64,000 nt of DNA, from NCBI GenBank assembly GCA_046734535.1, contig JBKPRL010000136.1, positions 3,666 through 67,665 of the forward strand, written 5' to 3'. This stretch comes from a bacterium. Its GTDB lineage: Bacteria; Actinomycetota; Acidimicrobiia; Acidimicrobiales; Ilumatobacteraceae. The position numbers and the translations under genes were made by a program. Positions within the stretch are counted from its first letter, which is position 1, and every line of letters begins with the position of its first letter. Below, piece after piece: positions 8,983 through 16,851 of this stretch. The notes below the pieces were generated by a model that did not search any database, had not been told where the DNA came from, and saw only the letters and a list, made by a program, of their open reading frames with translations.

Positions 8983-9615
8983 TCAAGCGACGTCGAGGAT
9001 GCGGGCCGAGGTGTCGATGAGCCCCGCCTTCAGCGACCTTCCGGAATACCTGGTGAGGGGGCCGTGCTGCGCCCGCATCGGGTGGATGAGGAGGGTCAGC
9101 GCGATGAAGGTCCGGGCTGCGAGCGTCTCGCTGGCGTGACGGGCCGCTGCTGTTCGCTTCGTGCGCAGAGCGCCGGGTGACGCGATGTAGTCGAAGGCCC
9201 GCGTGATGTGCAGCGCCTCGTACTCGTCCTGGAGGATGCGGGTCTTCGAGGTCGCCCCGGGCAGGTGGTGGTTGACGAGCCGCGCGGCGTCGGGGTGGTC
9301 CTCCAGCCAGGTCCAGACGGCGGAGATCACGTGGGCCAGCAGCTCGGGATCACCGGGCTCGTCGTCCGCGCGTGCGTTGGCGACCACCTCGTTGATGGCA
9401 TCGAGCACGTTGCGCAGCGCAGCCTCGAACAGCTCCTCCTTGCCGGAGAAGTGGTAGTAGACCGCGGTCGGCGCCACACCGGCCTCGGTGGCCACCTCCT
9501 GGATGCTGGTGTCCGAGAAGCCCTGCCGGGCGAACACCGTGACCGCGGCCGCGACGATGACGTTGCGCCTCGAGGGCCGGTGCGCCGCCGGCTTGTGGAT
9601 TGGGTTGGCACTCAT
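8983..9615 (-). CDS. TetR-family transcriptional regulator
   Basis: ATG 9615 inside ORF 8983..9804: NVIVAAAVTVFARQGFSDTSIQEVATEAGVAPTAVYYHFSGKEELF, an HTH of TetR type. Confidence 0.85.
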   Translation of the reverse strand: MSANPIHKPAAHRPSRRNVIVAAAVTVFARQGFSDTSIQEVATEAGVAPTAVYYHFSGKEELFEAALRNVLDAINEVVANARADDEPGDPELLAHVISAVWTWLEDHPDAARLVNHHLPGATSKTRILQDEYEALHITRAFDYIASPGALRTKRTAAARHASETLAARTFIALTLLIHPMRAQHGPLTRYSGRSLKAGLIDTSARILDVA

Positions 9616-9634
9616 GGGTCCTCCCGCCCGTCCC

Positions 9635-9653
9635 CTACCTGGACCGGTAGTCT
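9635..9653. promoter_or_regulatory. inverted repeat CTACC-N6-GGTAG overlapping a TAGTCT -10-like box, between divergent TetR paralogues
   Basis: Read directly in the 55-bp intergenic region 9616..9670. TAGTCT (9648..9653) precedes GGAGG and ATG 9671. Confidence 0.25.
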
Positions 9654-9670
9654 GGAGGCACAGGGGCATC

Positions 9671-10303
9671 ATGACCAACTCTCCACGCCGACCCGCGCAC
9701 CGTCCGTCCCGTCGTGCGTCCGTGATCGACGCCGCCATCGGACTCTTCGCGACATATCCGGCCGAGGCCATCACCGTCGCCGACATCGCCGCGGCCGCCA
9801 ACATGACGGCGGCGGCCGTGTACTACCACTTTCCGTCGAAGGAGCGCGTGCTCCTCGAAGGGCTGCAGTCGTTCGCGCGCGACTACCTGGTCGAGATCCG
9901 ACGGCTCAGCCGGGAGACCGTGGACGGGACGTGGATCCGGACCATCGTCTTCGAGGTCCTGGAGTGGCTCGAGGTGCACCGGCTCGCGGCGACGGTCTAC
10001 TTCGCGCGGTCCTCGGGCCTGGACATGACGATCGAAGCGTTGCGCCGGGAGACTCGCATCGAGCAGGTCAACGTCTTCATGCGAGCGATCCGGGCGTCCG
10101 CGCCGCAGCCGCTGGCGGCCGCGGACGTGGGCGTGATGGCCGTCGGACTGGTGGCCGTCCTCGAGACCGCGGCAGCCTGCTGGCTGACGCAGGACGCGGT
10201 CTTCCGCGGCCTCGGTCGCCATCGCTTCCTGTCGGACGCCGCCGACTTGGCCGAGCGCGTCGTGCGGCCCGATGGCCAGGCCAGCGGAGCGGTGCCGGCG
10301 TAG
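9671..10303 (+). CDS. TetR-family transcriptional regulator (paralogue of 8983..9615)
   Basis: ATG 9671 inside ORF 9488..10303: HRPSRRASVIDAAIGLFATYPAEAITVADIAAAANMTAAAVYYHFPSKERVL. Confidence 0.85.
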   Translation: MTNSPRRPAHRPSRRASVIDAAIGLFATYPAEAITVADIAAAANMTAAAVYYHFPSKERVLLEGLQSFARDYLVEIRRLSRETVDGTWIRTIVFEVLEWLEVHRLAATVYFARSSGLDMTIEALRRETRIEQVNVFMRAIRASAPQPLAAADVGVMAVGLVAVLETAAACWLTQDAVFRGLGRHRFLSDAADLAERVVRPDGQASGAVPA

Positions 10304-10305
10304 CA

Positions 10306-10337
10306 CGTCGCCGTCGGGTACCGGGTCGTCGGCGACG
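10306..10337 (+). terminator. hairpin after the TetR (9671..10303) stop
   Basis: CGTCGCCG ... CGGCGACG, an 8-bp stem (plus 2-3 inner pairs), starting 3 nt after the TAG stop. Confidence 0.35.
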
Positions 10338-10478
10338 CAGCCGCCTCCCCATCGCGCGCGCTCCCCGCGGTGCACCGTCGCAGGCTACCTCTCCCGAGCC
10401 GAGTTACTCGACAGCGTGTGAAGGAAGTCCGCCGGTGTGCCAGACTCGCTGGCGGCTTGCGATCCGCTGGAGGCCCAG

Positions 10479-11459
10479 ATGTCCACGAGTCCACGACCTT
10501 TCCGGTTCGCCCTCCAGGCTTTCAGCACCGGCTCGAGCAAGGAGTGGGCGGACACCGCCCGCCAGGCCGAGGACCTCGGCTACGCCACGCTCTTCACCAC
10601 CGATCACTACTTCGGTCCCGGAGAGATCGCCAGCTCGTCCGGTCACCGTCCGGTCGACGTCGCCCCCATCTCGGCGATGATGGCCGCGGCGGGGGTCACG
10701 AACCACCTGAAGGTCGGGTGCCGGGTGTTCTGCGTCGACTACCACCACCCCGTCGTGCTCGCCAAGGAGCTCGCCACGATCGACCTGCTCACGGACGGAA
10801 GGCTGGAGGTGGGGCTCGGGGCGGGCTGGGTCGCGGCGGAGTACGAGGGCATGGGCATCCCGATGGACCGCCCCGCCGTCCGCATCGACCGGCTGTCCGA
10901 GTACGTCGGGCTCGTGCGGGCCCACTGGACCGGCGAGCCCATCGACGTCGACGGGACCTACGTGCACGTGCACGGGTTCGAGGGCCGGCCACTGCCCGTC
11001 CAGTCGCCGCACCCTCCGATCATGATCGGAGGCGGAGCCCCCCGGGTCCTGCGGACCGCAGGGAAGCTGGCGGACATCGTCAGCTTCAACTTCAACAACT
11101 CGACCGGGACCCTGGGGTCGGCCAGCGTGGCCAGCGCCACCGTCGAGCGCACGAAGGAGAAGATCCAGTGGGTCCGGGAGGGCGCGGGCGACCGCTTCCC
11201 CGAGCTGGAGCTGGAGGCGGGGGCCTACTTCGTGACGGTCACCGACGACCCCGTCGAGGCCACCGCGGCCATGGCGTCGCGGTTCGGCATCGCGCCCGAG
11301 GAGCTGGCCAGCCATCCCCACGCCCTGCTCGGCACGGTCGACGGGATCTGCGAGACGCTGCAGGCCCGGCGGGACGAGCTCGGCATCAGCTACCTGACGA
11401 TCGCCCAGCGCAACGCCGAGGAGTTCGCGCCGGTCGTGGCCCGGCTCACGGGCACGTGA
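10479..11459 (+). CDS. LLM-class F420-dependent oxidoreductase
   Basis: ATG 10479 inside ORF 10437..11459: MSTSPRPFRFALQAFSTGSSKEWADTARQAEDLGYATLFTTDHY...GRLEVGLGAGW. Close paralogue of 15619..16548. Confidence 0.85.
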   Translation: MSTSPRPFRFALQAFSTGSSKEWADTARQAEDLGYATLFTTDHYFGPGEIASSSGHRPVDVAPISAMMAAAGVTNHLKVGCRVFCVDYHHPVVLAKELATIDLLTDGRLEVGLGAGWVAAEYEGMGIPMDRPAVRIDRLSEYVGLVRAHWTGEPIDVDGTYVHVHGFEGRPLPVQSPHPPIMIGGGAPRVLRTAGKLADIVSFNFNNSTGTLGSASVASATVERTKEKIQWVREGAGDRFPELELEAGAYFVTVTDDPVEATAAMASRFGIAPEELASHPHALLGTVDGICETLQARRDELGISYLTIAQRNAEEFAPVVARLTGT

Positions 11460-11466
11460 GCGACGG

Positions 11467-11982
11467 GTGACCAGCTCGCAGGACGCGCTGGCCCGGCTGA
11501 TCGACCGTCAGGCTGTCGTCGACGTCGTCGTCCAGTACGCGACCGGCATCGACCGGCGGGACTGGGCGCTCTACGCGGCGTGCTTCACCGACCCGTGCGA
11601 GCTCGACTTCTCGGGCTGGCGGGGGCAGCCCGCGGTGGTCCTGTCCCCGGCCGAGTGGGCGGCCAAGGTGCGGGCCACCAACGGCAACTTCGACACCACG
11701 CAGCACATCTCGACCAACCACGTCGTGGCCTTCGACGGCACCGACCGCGCGACGTGCGTGAGCTACATGCAGGCCCAGCACTGGTTCAGCGCCGCGCGCC
11801 TCACCGAGCTGGGGCAGCCGGCCGACGAGCCTCGCTGGTGCACGCTCGGCGGCTTCTACACCAACTCGGTCGTCCGGACGGCCGAGGGGTGGCGCATCCG
11901 GCGCTGCCAGCTCGACGTGACGTGGGTGACCGGCGATCCGACCGTGTTCGACCTGGCCCGCTCGATGGGGGACCGCGGCTGA
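11467..11982 (+). CDS. SnoaL-like / NTF2-fold protein
   Basis: ORF 11467..11982 (GTG): LARLIDRQAVVDVVVQYATGIDRRDW...TQHISTNHVV...GWRIRRCQLDVTW. Confidence 0.8.
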   Translation: MTSSQDALARLIDRQAVVDVVVQYATGIDRRDWALYAACFTDPCELDFSGWRGQPAVVLSPAEWAAKVRATNGNFDTTQHISTNHVVAFDGTDRATCVSYMQAQHWFSAARLTELGQPADEPRWCTLGGFYTNSVVRTAEGWRIRRCQLDVTWVTGDPTVFDLARSMGDRG

Positions 11983-11984
11983 CG

Positions 11985-12872
11985 ATGGAGCTCATCGCCA
12001 ACTTCATGAGCGGCGACCTCGACCCGGCGGCATGGGCGCGGACCCGGGAGGACGAGGGCTGGCACGCGCTCGGCTGTGCCGACCACTTCTACAGCCCGAA
12101 CCGGGGCTACCCCCACCTGTGGGTGACCCTGGCCACCTTCGCTGCGGCGACCTCGCGCGTCATGCTCACGTCGTCGTTCGCCAACAACCTGTTCCGCACG
12201 CCGGTCGAGTTCGCGCAGGCGTCATTGCAGCTGCACAAGGTCTCGGGCGGACGCTTCGAGGCTGGCCTCGGTGCGGGCTGGGACCGTGAGGAGACCGAGG
12301 CGGCCGGACTCGTCTACCCCGGCGCCGGCGACCGGGCCGGACGCTACGCCGAAGCCGTGCAGATCGTCCGCCAGCTGTTCGCCACGGGCGCCTGCAGCTT
12401 CCACGGGCGCTACTACGACATCGAGGTGCCCAAGCTCGGACCGTCTGATCGCGACCCTCCGCCCCTCGTGGCCTCGCTGGGTGGCGACCGGACGATCCGG
12501 GAGATCGCCCCGCTCGTCGACCGGGTCGAGCTGAAGCTGAACGCGCCAGCAACCCGGGACGGTTCGCTGGACTTCGTCAAGCTGGCCCAGATCCCCCGCT
12601 CGCACGTCGCCGACCTCGTGGCCAAGGTCAGGGCCGTGAACCCGGCCGTCCCGCTCGGCGTGCTCGTCCTGTGCAGCGTCGGGGCGGACGACCGCACACG
12701 GGCGCTCGAGGGGCAGCTGGGCGACTCGCTCATGGGCGGGTTCTTCGGGCCGGTCGACAAGGTCGTGGCCTCGTTGCGGGCCCTGGCCGACGTCGGCCTG
12801 GACCGCATCCAGATCAGCCCGTTCACCGACACCAGCTACGAGCTGCTCGCCCCTCACCTGGGTGAGCTGTGA
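11985..12872 (+). CDS. LLM-class flavin/F420-dependent oxidoreductase
   Basis: ATG 11985 inside ORF 11580..12872: MELIANFMSGD...GCADHFYSP...GGRFEAGLGAGWDREE. Confidence 0.8.
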   Translation: MELIANFMSGDLDPAAWARTREDEGWHALGCADHFYSPNRGYPHLWVTLATFAAATSRVMLTSSFANNLFRTPVEFAQASLQLHKVSGGRFEAGLGAGWDREETEAAGLVYPGAGDRAGRYAEAVQIVRQLFATGACSFHGRYYDIEVPKLGPSDRDPPPLVASLGGDRTIREIAPLVDRVELKLNAPATRDGSLDFVKLAQIPRSHVADLVAKVRAVNPAVPLGVLVLCSVGADDRTRALEGQLGDSLMGGFFGPVDKVVASLRALADVGLDRIQISPFTDTSYELLAPHLGEL

Positions 12873-12940
12873 CCGAGCGGCGTCCCTCTCGCGCGGCCGA
12901 CCGGGACCGGCCAGTGACCGTTAGTGGAGCAGCTGTCCAT

Positions 12941-12952
12941 AAACTACGCTCG
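12941..12952 (+). promoter_or_regulatory. 12-mer AAACTACGCTCG (overlaps TAAACT -10-like box), also present at 18357..18368
   Basis: Exact 12-nt match between two promoter regions. Each copy ends exactly 41 nt before the downstream start codon (12994 and 18410). Confidence 0.3.
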
Positions 12953-12993
12953 TCGAGCCGGCCCACCAGCCGAGCCTGACGGAAGGAGGATCC

Positions 12994-13227
12994 GTGGGGG
13001 TTCCGATCAACATCCCGAAGCTGGGTGTCTCGATGTCGGAGGGCACACTGGTCGAGTGGCTGGTGCAGGACGGCGACCAGGTCACCGAGGGCCAGGTGCT
13101 CTACCGGATCGAGACCGACAAGGTCGAGAACGACGTCGAGTCGCCGGTCGCAGGGATCGTCCGCATCACGGGGGTCGAGGGCGAGACCTACGACGTCGGC
13201 GATCCGATCGGCGAGATCGAGACCTGA
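12994..13227 (+). CDS. free-standing lipoyl-attachment (biotinyl/lipoyl) domain protein, 77 aa
   Basis: ORF 12994..13227 (GTG, RBS GGAAGGAGG upstream): INIPKLGVSMSEGTLVEWLVQDGDQVTEGQVLYRIETDKVENDVESPVAGIV. This matches the E2 lipoyl-domain pattern, with the lipoyl-lysine in ETDKV. Confidence 0.75.
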   Translation: MGVPINIPKLGVSMSEGTLVEWLVQDGDQVTEGQVLYRIETDKVENDVESPVAGIVRITGVEGETYDVGDPIGEIET

Positions 13228-13229
13228 CG

Positions 13230-14774
13230 GTGGCGCCGGTCGCCTCGCGCCTGGCCGACGAGCGACCCGCCGAGGTCGCTCTCCGCGACGACCGCGTGGC
13301 CCTGGGGTGGGCCGAGGTCAACGAGGCGCTCAACCGCGTCGCCAACGGCCTCTGGGCGCTCGACCTGGGGCCACAGCGGCGGGTCGCGGTTTTGGCCGAG
13401 AACAGCGCGGAGACCGTGCTGGCCCACCTCGGCGGCCTGCTGGCCGGCGCGTCCACCGTGCCGACCAACTTCCACCTCAACGCCGAGGAGGTGGCGTACA
13501 TCCTCCAGGACTCCGGCACCCGCGTGCTCTTCGTGGGGCCGGAGACCGCCGCCACCGGCTTGGCCGCGGCACGCGAGGCCGCCGTGCCCCTCGTCGTCGG
13601 TTGGCGCTGCCCCGAGCTCGAGGGCCTGACCCCGTGGGACAGCTGGTTGGCCGGAGCCGACGCGGCGGAGCCGCCGACCGACGTGGCTCCCCGCCCGAAC
13701 CTCATGTACACGTCCGGCACGACGGGGCGGCCCAAGGGCGTCGAGCTGCCGCCCACCATGTTCGCCGGCGGCTCGAACATCGAGGAGCACCTCATTGCGC
13801 TGGCGGGCAACGCCTTCGCCCGCTTCGGCACCCACCTCGTGATCGGGCCGATGTACCACACCGGTCCGCTCTCGGGCGTCCGGTTGCTGGCCGTGGGCAT
13901 CCCCGTCGTGGTGCTCGGACGGTTCGACGCCGAGGCGGTGCTCCAGGCCATCGAGCGCTACCAGGCCGAGAGCAGCGTCATGGTGCCGACGCACTTCGCC
14001 CGTCTCCTGGCGCTCCCGGAGGAGGTGCGGACCCGCTACGACGTCAGCTCGGTCAAGCTGGTCGTCCACACCGGCTCATCCTGCCCGGTGGACGTCAAGC
14101 GCCAGATGATCGAATGGTGGGGGCCGGTGTTCAGCGACGCCTACGGCGCCACCGAGGTAGGGACCACCTGCACGATCACGAGCGAGGAGTGGCTGGCCCA
14201 CCCCGGCTCGGTCGGCCGCGCCATCCCCCCCTTCACGGCCATCGTGGTCGACGACGAGGGGAACGAGCTGGCCCGCGGGACGGAAGGTCGGATCTTCTTC
14301 GAGGACGCGACCGGTCGGGGCATCGTCTACCCGAGTGACCCGCAGAAGACAGCCGATGCCCACCTGCGCCCCGGCGTCTTCACGCTGGGCGAGATCGGCT
14401 ACGTCGACGAGGACGGCTACGTGTTCATCACCGACCGCTTCAGCGACATGATCGTCTCGGGTGGGGTCAACATCTACCCGGCCGAGGCCGAGCAGGTCCT
14501 CATCGAGCACCCCGGCGTGGCCGACGTCGCTGTGATCGGCGTGCCCAACCGCGACATGGGCGAGGAGGTGAAGGCCCTCGTCGTGCCGGCCGATCCGGAC
14601 CACCCGCCGGACCCGGCTGACCTCATCGCCTACTGCCGGGAGCGCCTGGCCTCGTACAAGTGCCCCCGCTCGGTCGACATCGTGGACACGGTCGGGCGCA
14701 CGACGATGGGCAAGGTCAACAAGCGGGCCCTCCGCGCGCCGTTCTGGGACTCGGCCCGCACCATCGGCGGCTGA
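13230..14774 (+). CDS. AMP-forming acyl-CoA synthetase / ligase
   Basis: GTG 13230 inside ORF 12924..14774, 2 nt after the lipoyl gene stop. Motifs: LMYTSGTTGRPKGV, YGATE, GEIGYVDEDGYVFITDR, GGVNIYPAE, GKVNKRALR. Confidence 0.85.
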   Translation: MAPVASRLADERPAEVALRDDRVALGWAEVNEALNRVANGLWALDLGPQRRVAVLAENSAETVLAHLGGLLAGASTVPTNFHLNAEEVAYILQDSGTRVLFVGPETAATGLAAAREAAVPLVVGWRCPELEGLTPWDSWLAGADAAEPPTDVAPRPNLMYTSGTTGRPKGVELPPTMFAGGSNIEEHLIALAGNAFARFGTHLVIGPMYHTGPLSGVRLLAVGIPVVVLGRFDAEAVLQAIERYQAESSVMVPTHFARLLALPEEVRTRYDVSSVKLVVHTGSSCPVDVKRQMIEWWGPVFSDAYGATEVGTTCTITSEEWLAHPGSVGRAIPPFTAIVVDDEGNELARGTEGRIFFEDATGRGIVYPSDPQKTADAHLRPGVFTLGEIGYVDEDGYVFITDRFSDMIVSGGVNIYPAEAEQVLIEHPGVADVAVIGVPNRDMGEEVKALVVPADPDHPPDPADLIAYCRERLASYKCPRSVDIVDTVGRTTMGKVNKRALRAPFWDSARTIGG

Positions 14775-14775
14775 C

Positions 14776-15582
14776 ATGTCGGCGGCTGACCTGTCGGAGG
14801 ACGGCGGTCGTCGCCGGCTCCTCTCGCTGGCCGCCGGAACAGTGCTCGACATCGGCCCGGCCGAGACGGTGGCCGTCGCCGCCCGGGCCGGCTTCGACGG
14901 CGTCGGGCTGTGGTTCGACCCTGAGAGCTGGACCGACGTGACCACCCGCGAGGTGGCGGCGCGGCTCGACGACACCGGCTTGACCCCGCTCGACATGGAG
15001 CCCGTGATCCTCGGACGCGACGTCGACCCGGGCGACGCGCTGGTGGACACGGCCGGCAAGCTCGGCGTGCGTCACGTCCTCGTGGCCGGAGGTCCGGCCT
15101 CCCACGCCGCCGTGGTCGACCGGTTCGGCGAGCTCTGCGACCGCGCCGCCCCGGCGGGGGTCACCGTCGTGCTCGAGTTCCTCCCGATCTTCACGATCGC
15201 GACGCTGCACGACGCCGTCGCCGTGGTGCAGGAGGCCAACCGTCCGAACGGCGGCGTGCTGGTCGACACCCTGCACCTCGCCCGTTCCGGCGGCAGCGTG
15301 GAGGACATCGCCACCGTGCCGCGGTCGCTGTTCCCCTACGTGCAGCTGGCGGACGCCACGGCCCGCCCCGACGATCCGTCGCCGGCCAACCTCCGCGAGG
15401 AGGCGCTCCACGGCCGTCTGCTGCCGGGTGAGGGCGCCCTGCCGCTGGCCGCGACGCTGGCGGCGATCCCGAGCGTGCCGATCTCGGTGGAGCTGCGCTC
15501 CCGTCCGCTGATGGAGCGCTACCCCGATCCCACTGAGCGCGCCGAGGCCGTGCTCGCCGCCACGCGAGCCATCCTGGGCTGA
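14776..15582 (+). CDS. sugar-phosphate isomerase/epimerase (xylose-isomerase-like TIM barrel) family
   Basis: ORF 14776..15582: ARAGFDGVGLWFD...VRHVLVAGG...VVLEFLP...VLVDTLHLARSGG...ISVELRS. Confidence 0.7.
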   Translation: MSAADLSEDGGRRRLLSLAAGTVLDIGPAETVAVAARAGFDGVGLWFDPESWTDVTTREVAARLDDTGLTPLDMEPVILGRDVDPGDALVDTAGKLGVRHVLVAGGPASHAAVVDRFGELCDRAAPAGVTVVLEFLPIFTIATLHDAVAVVQEANRPNGGVLVDTLHLARSGGSVEDIATVPRSLFPYVQLADATARPDDPSPANLREEALHGRLLPGEGALPLAATLAAIPSVPISVELRSRPLMERYPDPTERAEAVLAATRAILG

Positions 15583-15618
15583 GCGCTCAAGCGCTCCGCG
15601 CCGCGGCCCGGCTCCCGC

Positions 15619-16548
15619 TCAGGAGCCGCTGAGCTTGGCCACCACGGGCGCGAGCGGGACGATGCCGTCGTTCTGGAACAGGATGTTGCTGATGCCCCAG
15701 CGCTCCCGGATGCCCTGGATGTCCTCGGTGATCTGCTCCACGGAGCCGATCTGGTAGAAGGGCGCGGCGAGGATCACCTCGGGCGGCAGGCCGAAGGCGG
15801 GGGCGATCTTCTCGGCCGCGGCCTGCGGATCGTCGGTCACCACCGTGACGAACACCTGGAGCTGGAGCTCGAGGTCGTCGAAGCGGTCGCCGGCCGCCTC
15901 CTTGACCCATGCCACCTTCTCGTCCATCGTGTCGGCCGCGGTCGTGGCCATGGAGCGGGGGTTGATCGAGCGGCCCACGATCTTCGGGTTGACGCCGACG
16001 ATGTCGGCCTGCTGGGCGGCCAGCGCCAGGATCTTCGGGCCGCCGCCGCCGATCATCACCGGTATGGGCGAGTAGGGCTTGGGCGCGGCGTCGACCTCGG
16101 CCACCTCGTAGTGCTTGCCCGAGAACGAGAACGGGCCTTCGGCCCACAGACCCTTCATCACCGTCACCGCCTCACCGAGCCGCTCGATGCGGGTGGAGGC
16201 GTCGTCCTGGCGGATGCCGGCGATGGCGTAGTCCTTGTTCGACCAGCCGGCGCCGATGCCGAGCGTGAAGCGGCCCTCGCTCAGCAGGTCGATGGTGGCG
16301 CATTCCTTGGCGAAGACCACCGGGTTGCGGAAGTCGACGCCGGCCACGTGGGGCCCGATCTGGATCTTCGAGGTGGCGTCGGCCGCCGACATGAGCGCGG
16401 GCACGATGGCCAGCTGGTTGCCGAAGTGGTCATCCATCTGGAAGCTGGCGTAGCCGAGGTCCTCGGCCTGGCGGACCAGGTCGGTCCACTGCTTGGCCGA
16501 CGTGGCCTTGACGGCCTTGGCGCCGAACCGGAACGGTCGCGTTGACAT
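15619..16548 (-). CDS. LLM-class F420-dependent oxidoreductase
   Basis: ORF 15619..16548: MSTRPFRFGAKAVKATSAKQWTDLVRQAEDLGYASFQMDDHF...GRFTLGIGAGW. RBS AAGGAG upstream. Confidence 0.85.
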   Translation of the reverse strand: MSTRPFRFGAKAVKATSAKQWTDLVRQAEDLGYASFQMDDHFGNQLAIVPALMSAADATSKIQIGPHVAGVDFRNPVVFAKECATIDLLSEGRFTLGIGAGWSNKDYAIAGIRQDDASTRIERLGEAVTVMKGLWAEGPFSFSGKHYEVAEVDAAPKPYSPIPVMIGGGGPKILALAAQQADIVGVNPKIVGRSINPRSMATTAADTMDEKVAWVKEAAGDRFDDLELQLQVFVTVVTDDPQAAAEKIAPAFGLPPEVILAAPFYQIGSVEQITEDIQGIRERWGISNILFQNDGIVPLAPVVAKLSGS

Positions 16549-16631
16549 GGTGCTCCTTGCGCTGGTGGAAGGGGGCGGGTCCGCTCGGGGCGAGCTGGAG
16601 GACGCGGCTCAGTCTGGCCGACGACGGCCGC

Positions 16632-16847
16632 TCAGCTGACCTTGGGCTCGCTCTGCAGGCGGTGCTGGGCCTTGGGCCCCCCGACCCAGTTGCACAGCTG
16701 CGGGTCGACGTCGAAGACCTGGCCGTCGATCCACGAGCCGTCCCGCCGGTACCGGCCGGACCGGCCGTCCGTCTGCTCCACGCGGACGTTCCCCTCGCCG
16801 TCCTGCTCGTAGAGGGCCTTCGAGAAGGGATGGATGACGCCGTTCAT
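16632..16847 (-). CDS. small conserved protein coupled to a Rieske oxygenase, unknown function
   Basis: ORF 16632..16847, 71 aa, starts 4 nt after the Rieske stop. Paralogue of 53032..53265 (shared HPF..ALYE.DG.G.VRV..DG..G...RDG.W..G....DP.LC.W). Confidence 0.6.
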   Translation of the reverse strand: MNGVIHPFSKALYEQDGEGNVRVEQTDGRSGRYRRDGSWIDGQVFDVDPQLCNWVGGPKAQHRLQSEPKVS

Positions 16848-16851
16848 GCAC

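Noticed and set aside
12994-13227. Reading the 77-aa domain as a biotin carrier (BCCP-like)
   Set aside because: It carries ETDKV and the PKLG.S..EGT lipoyl-domain signature rather than the (A/V)MKM biotinylation motif. The call still needs an HMM check.
16632-16847. Reading the small Rieske-coupled proteins as ferredoxins or Rieske beta subunits
   Set aside because: Each has only one Cys and no CxxC or CxxH cluster. At 71-77 aa they are far shorter than NTF2-like beta subunits, so neither role fits.
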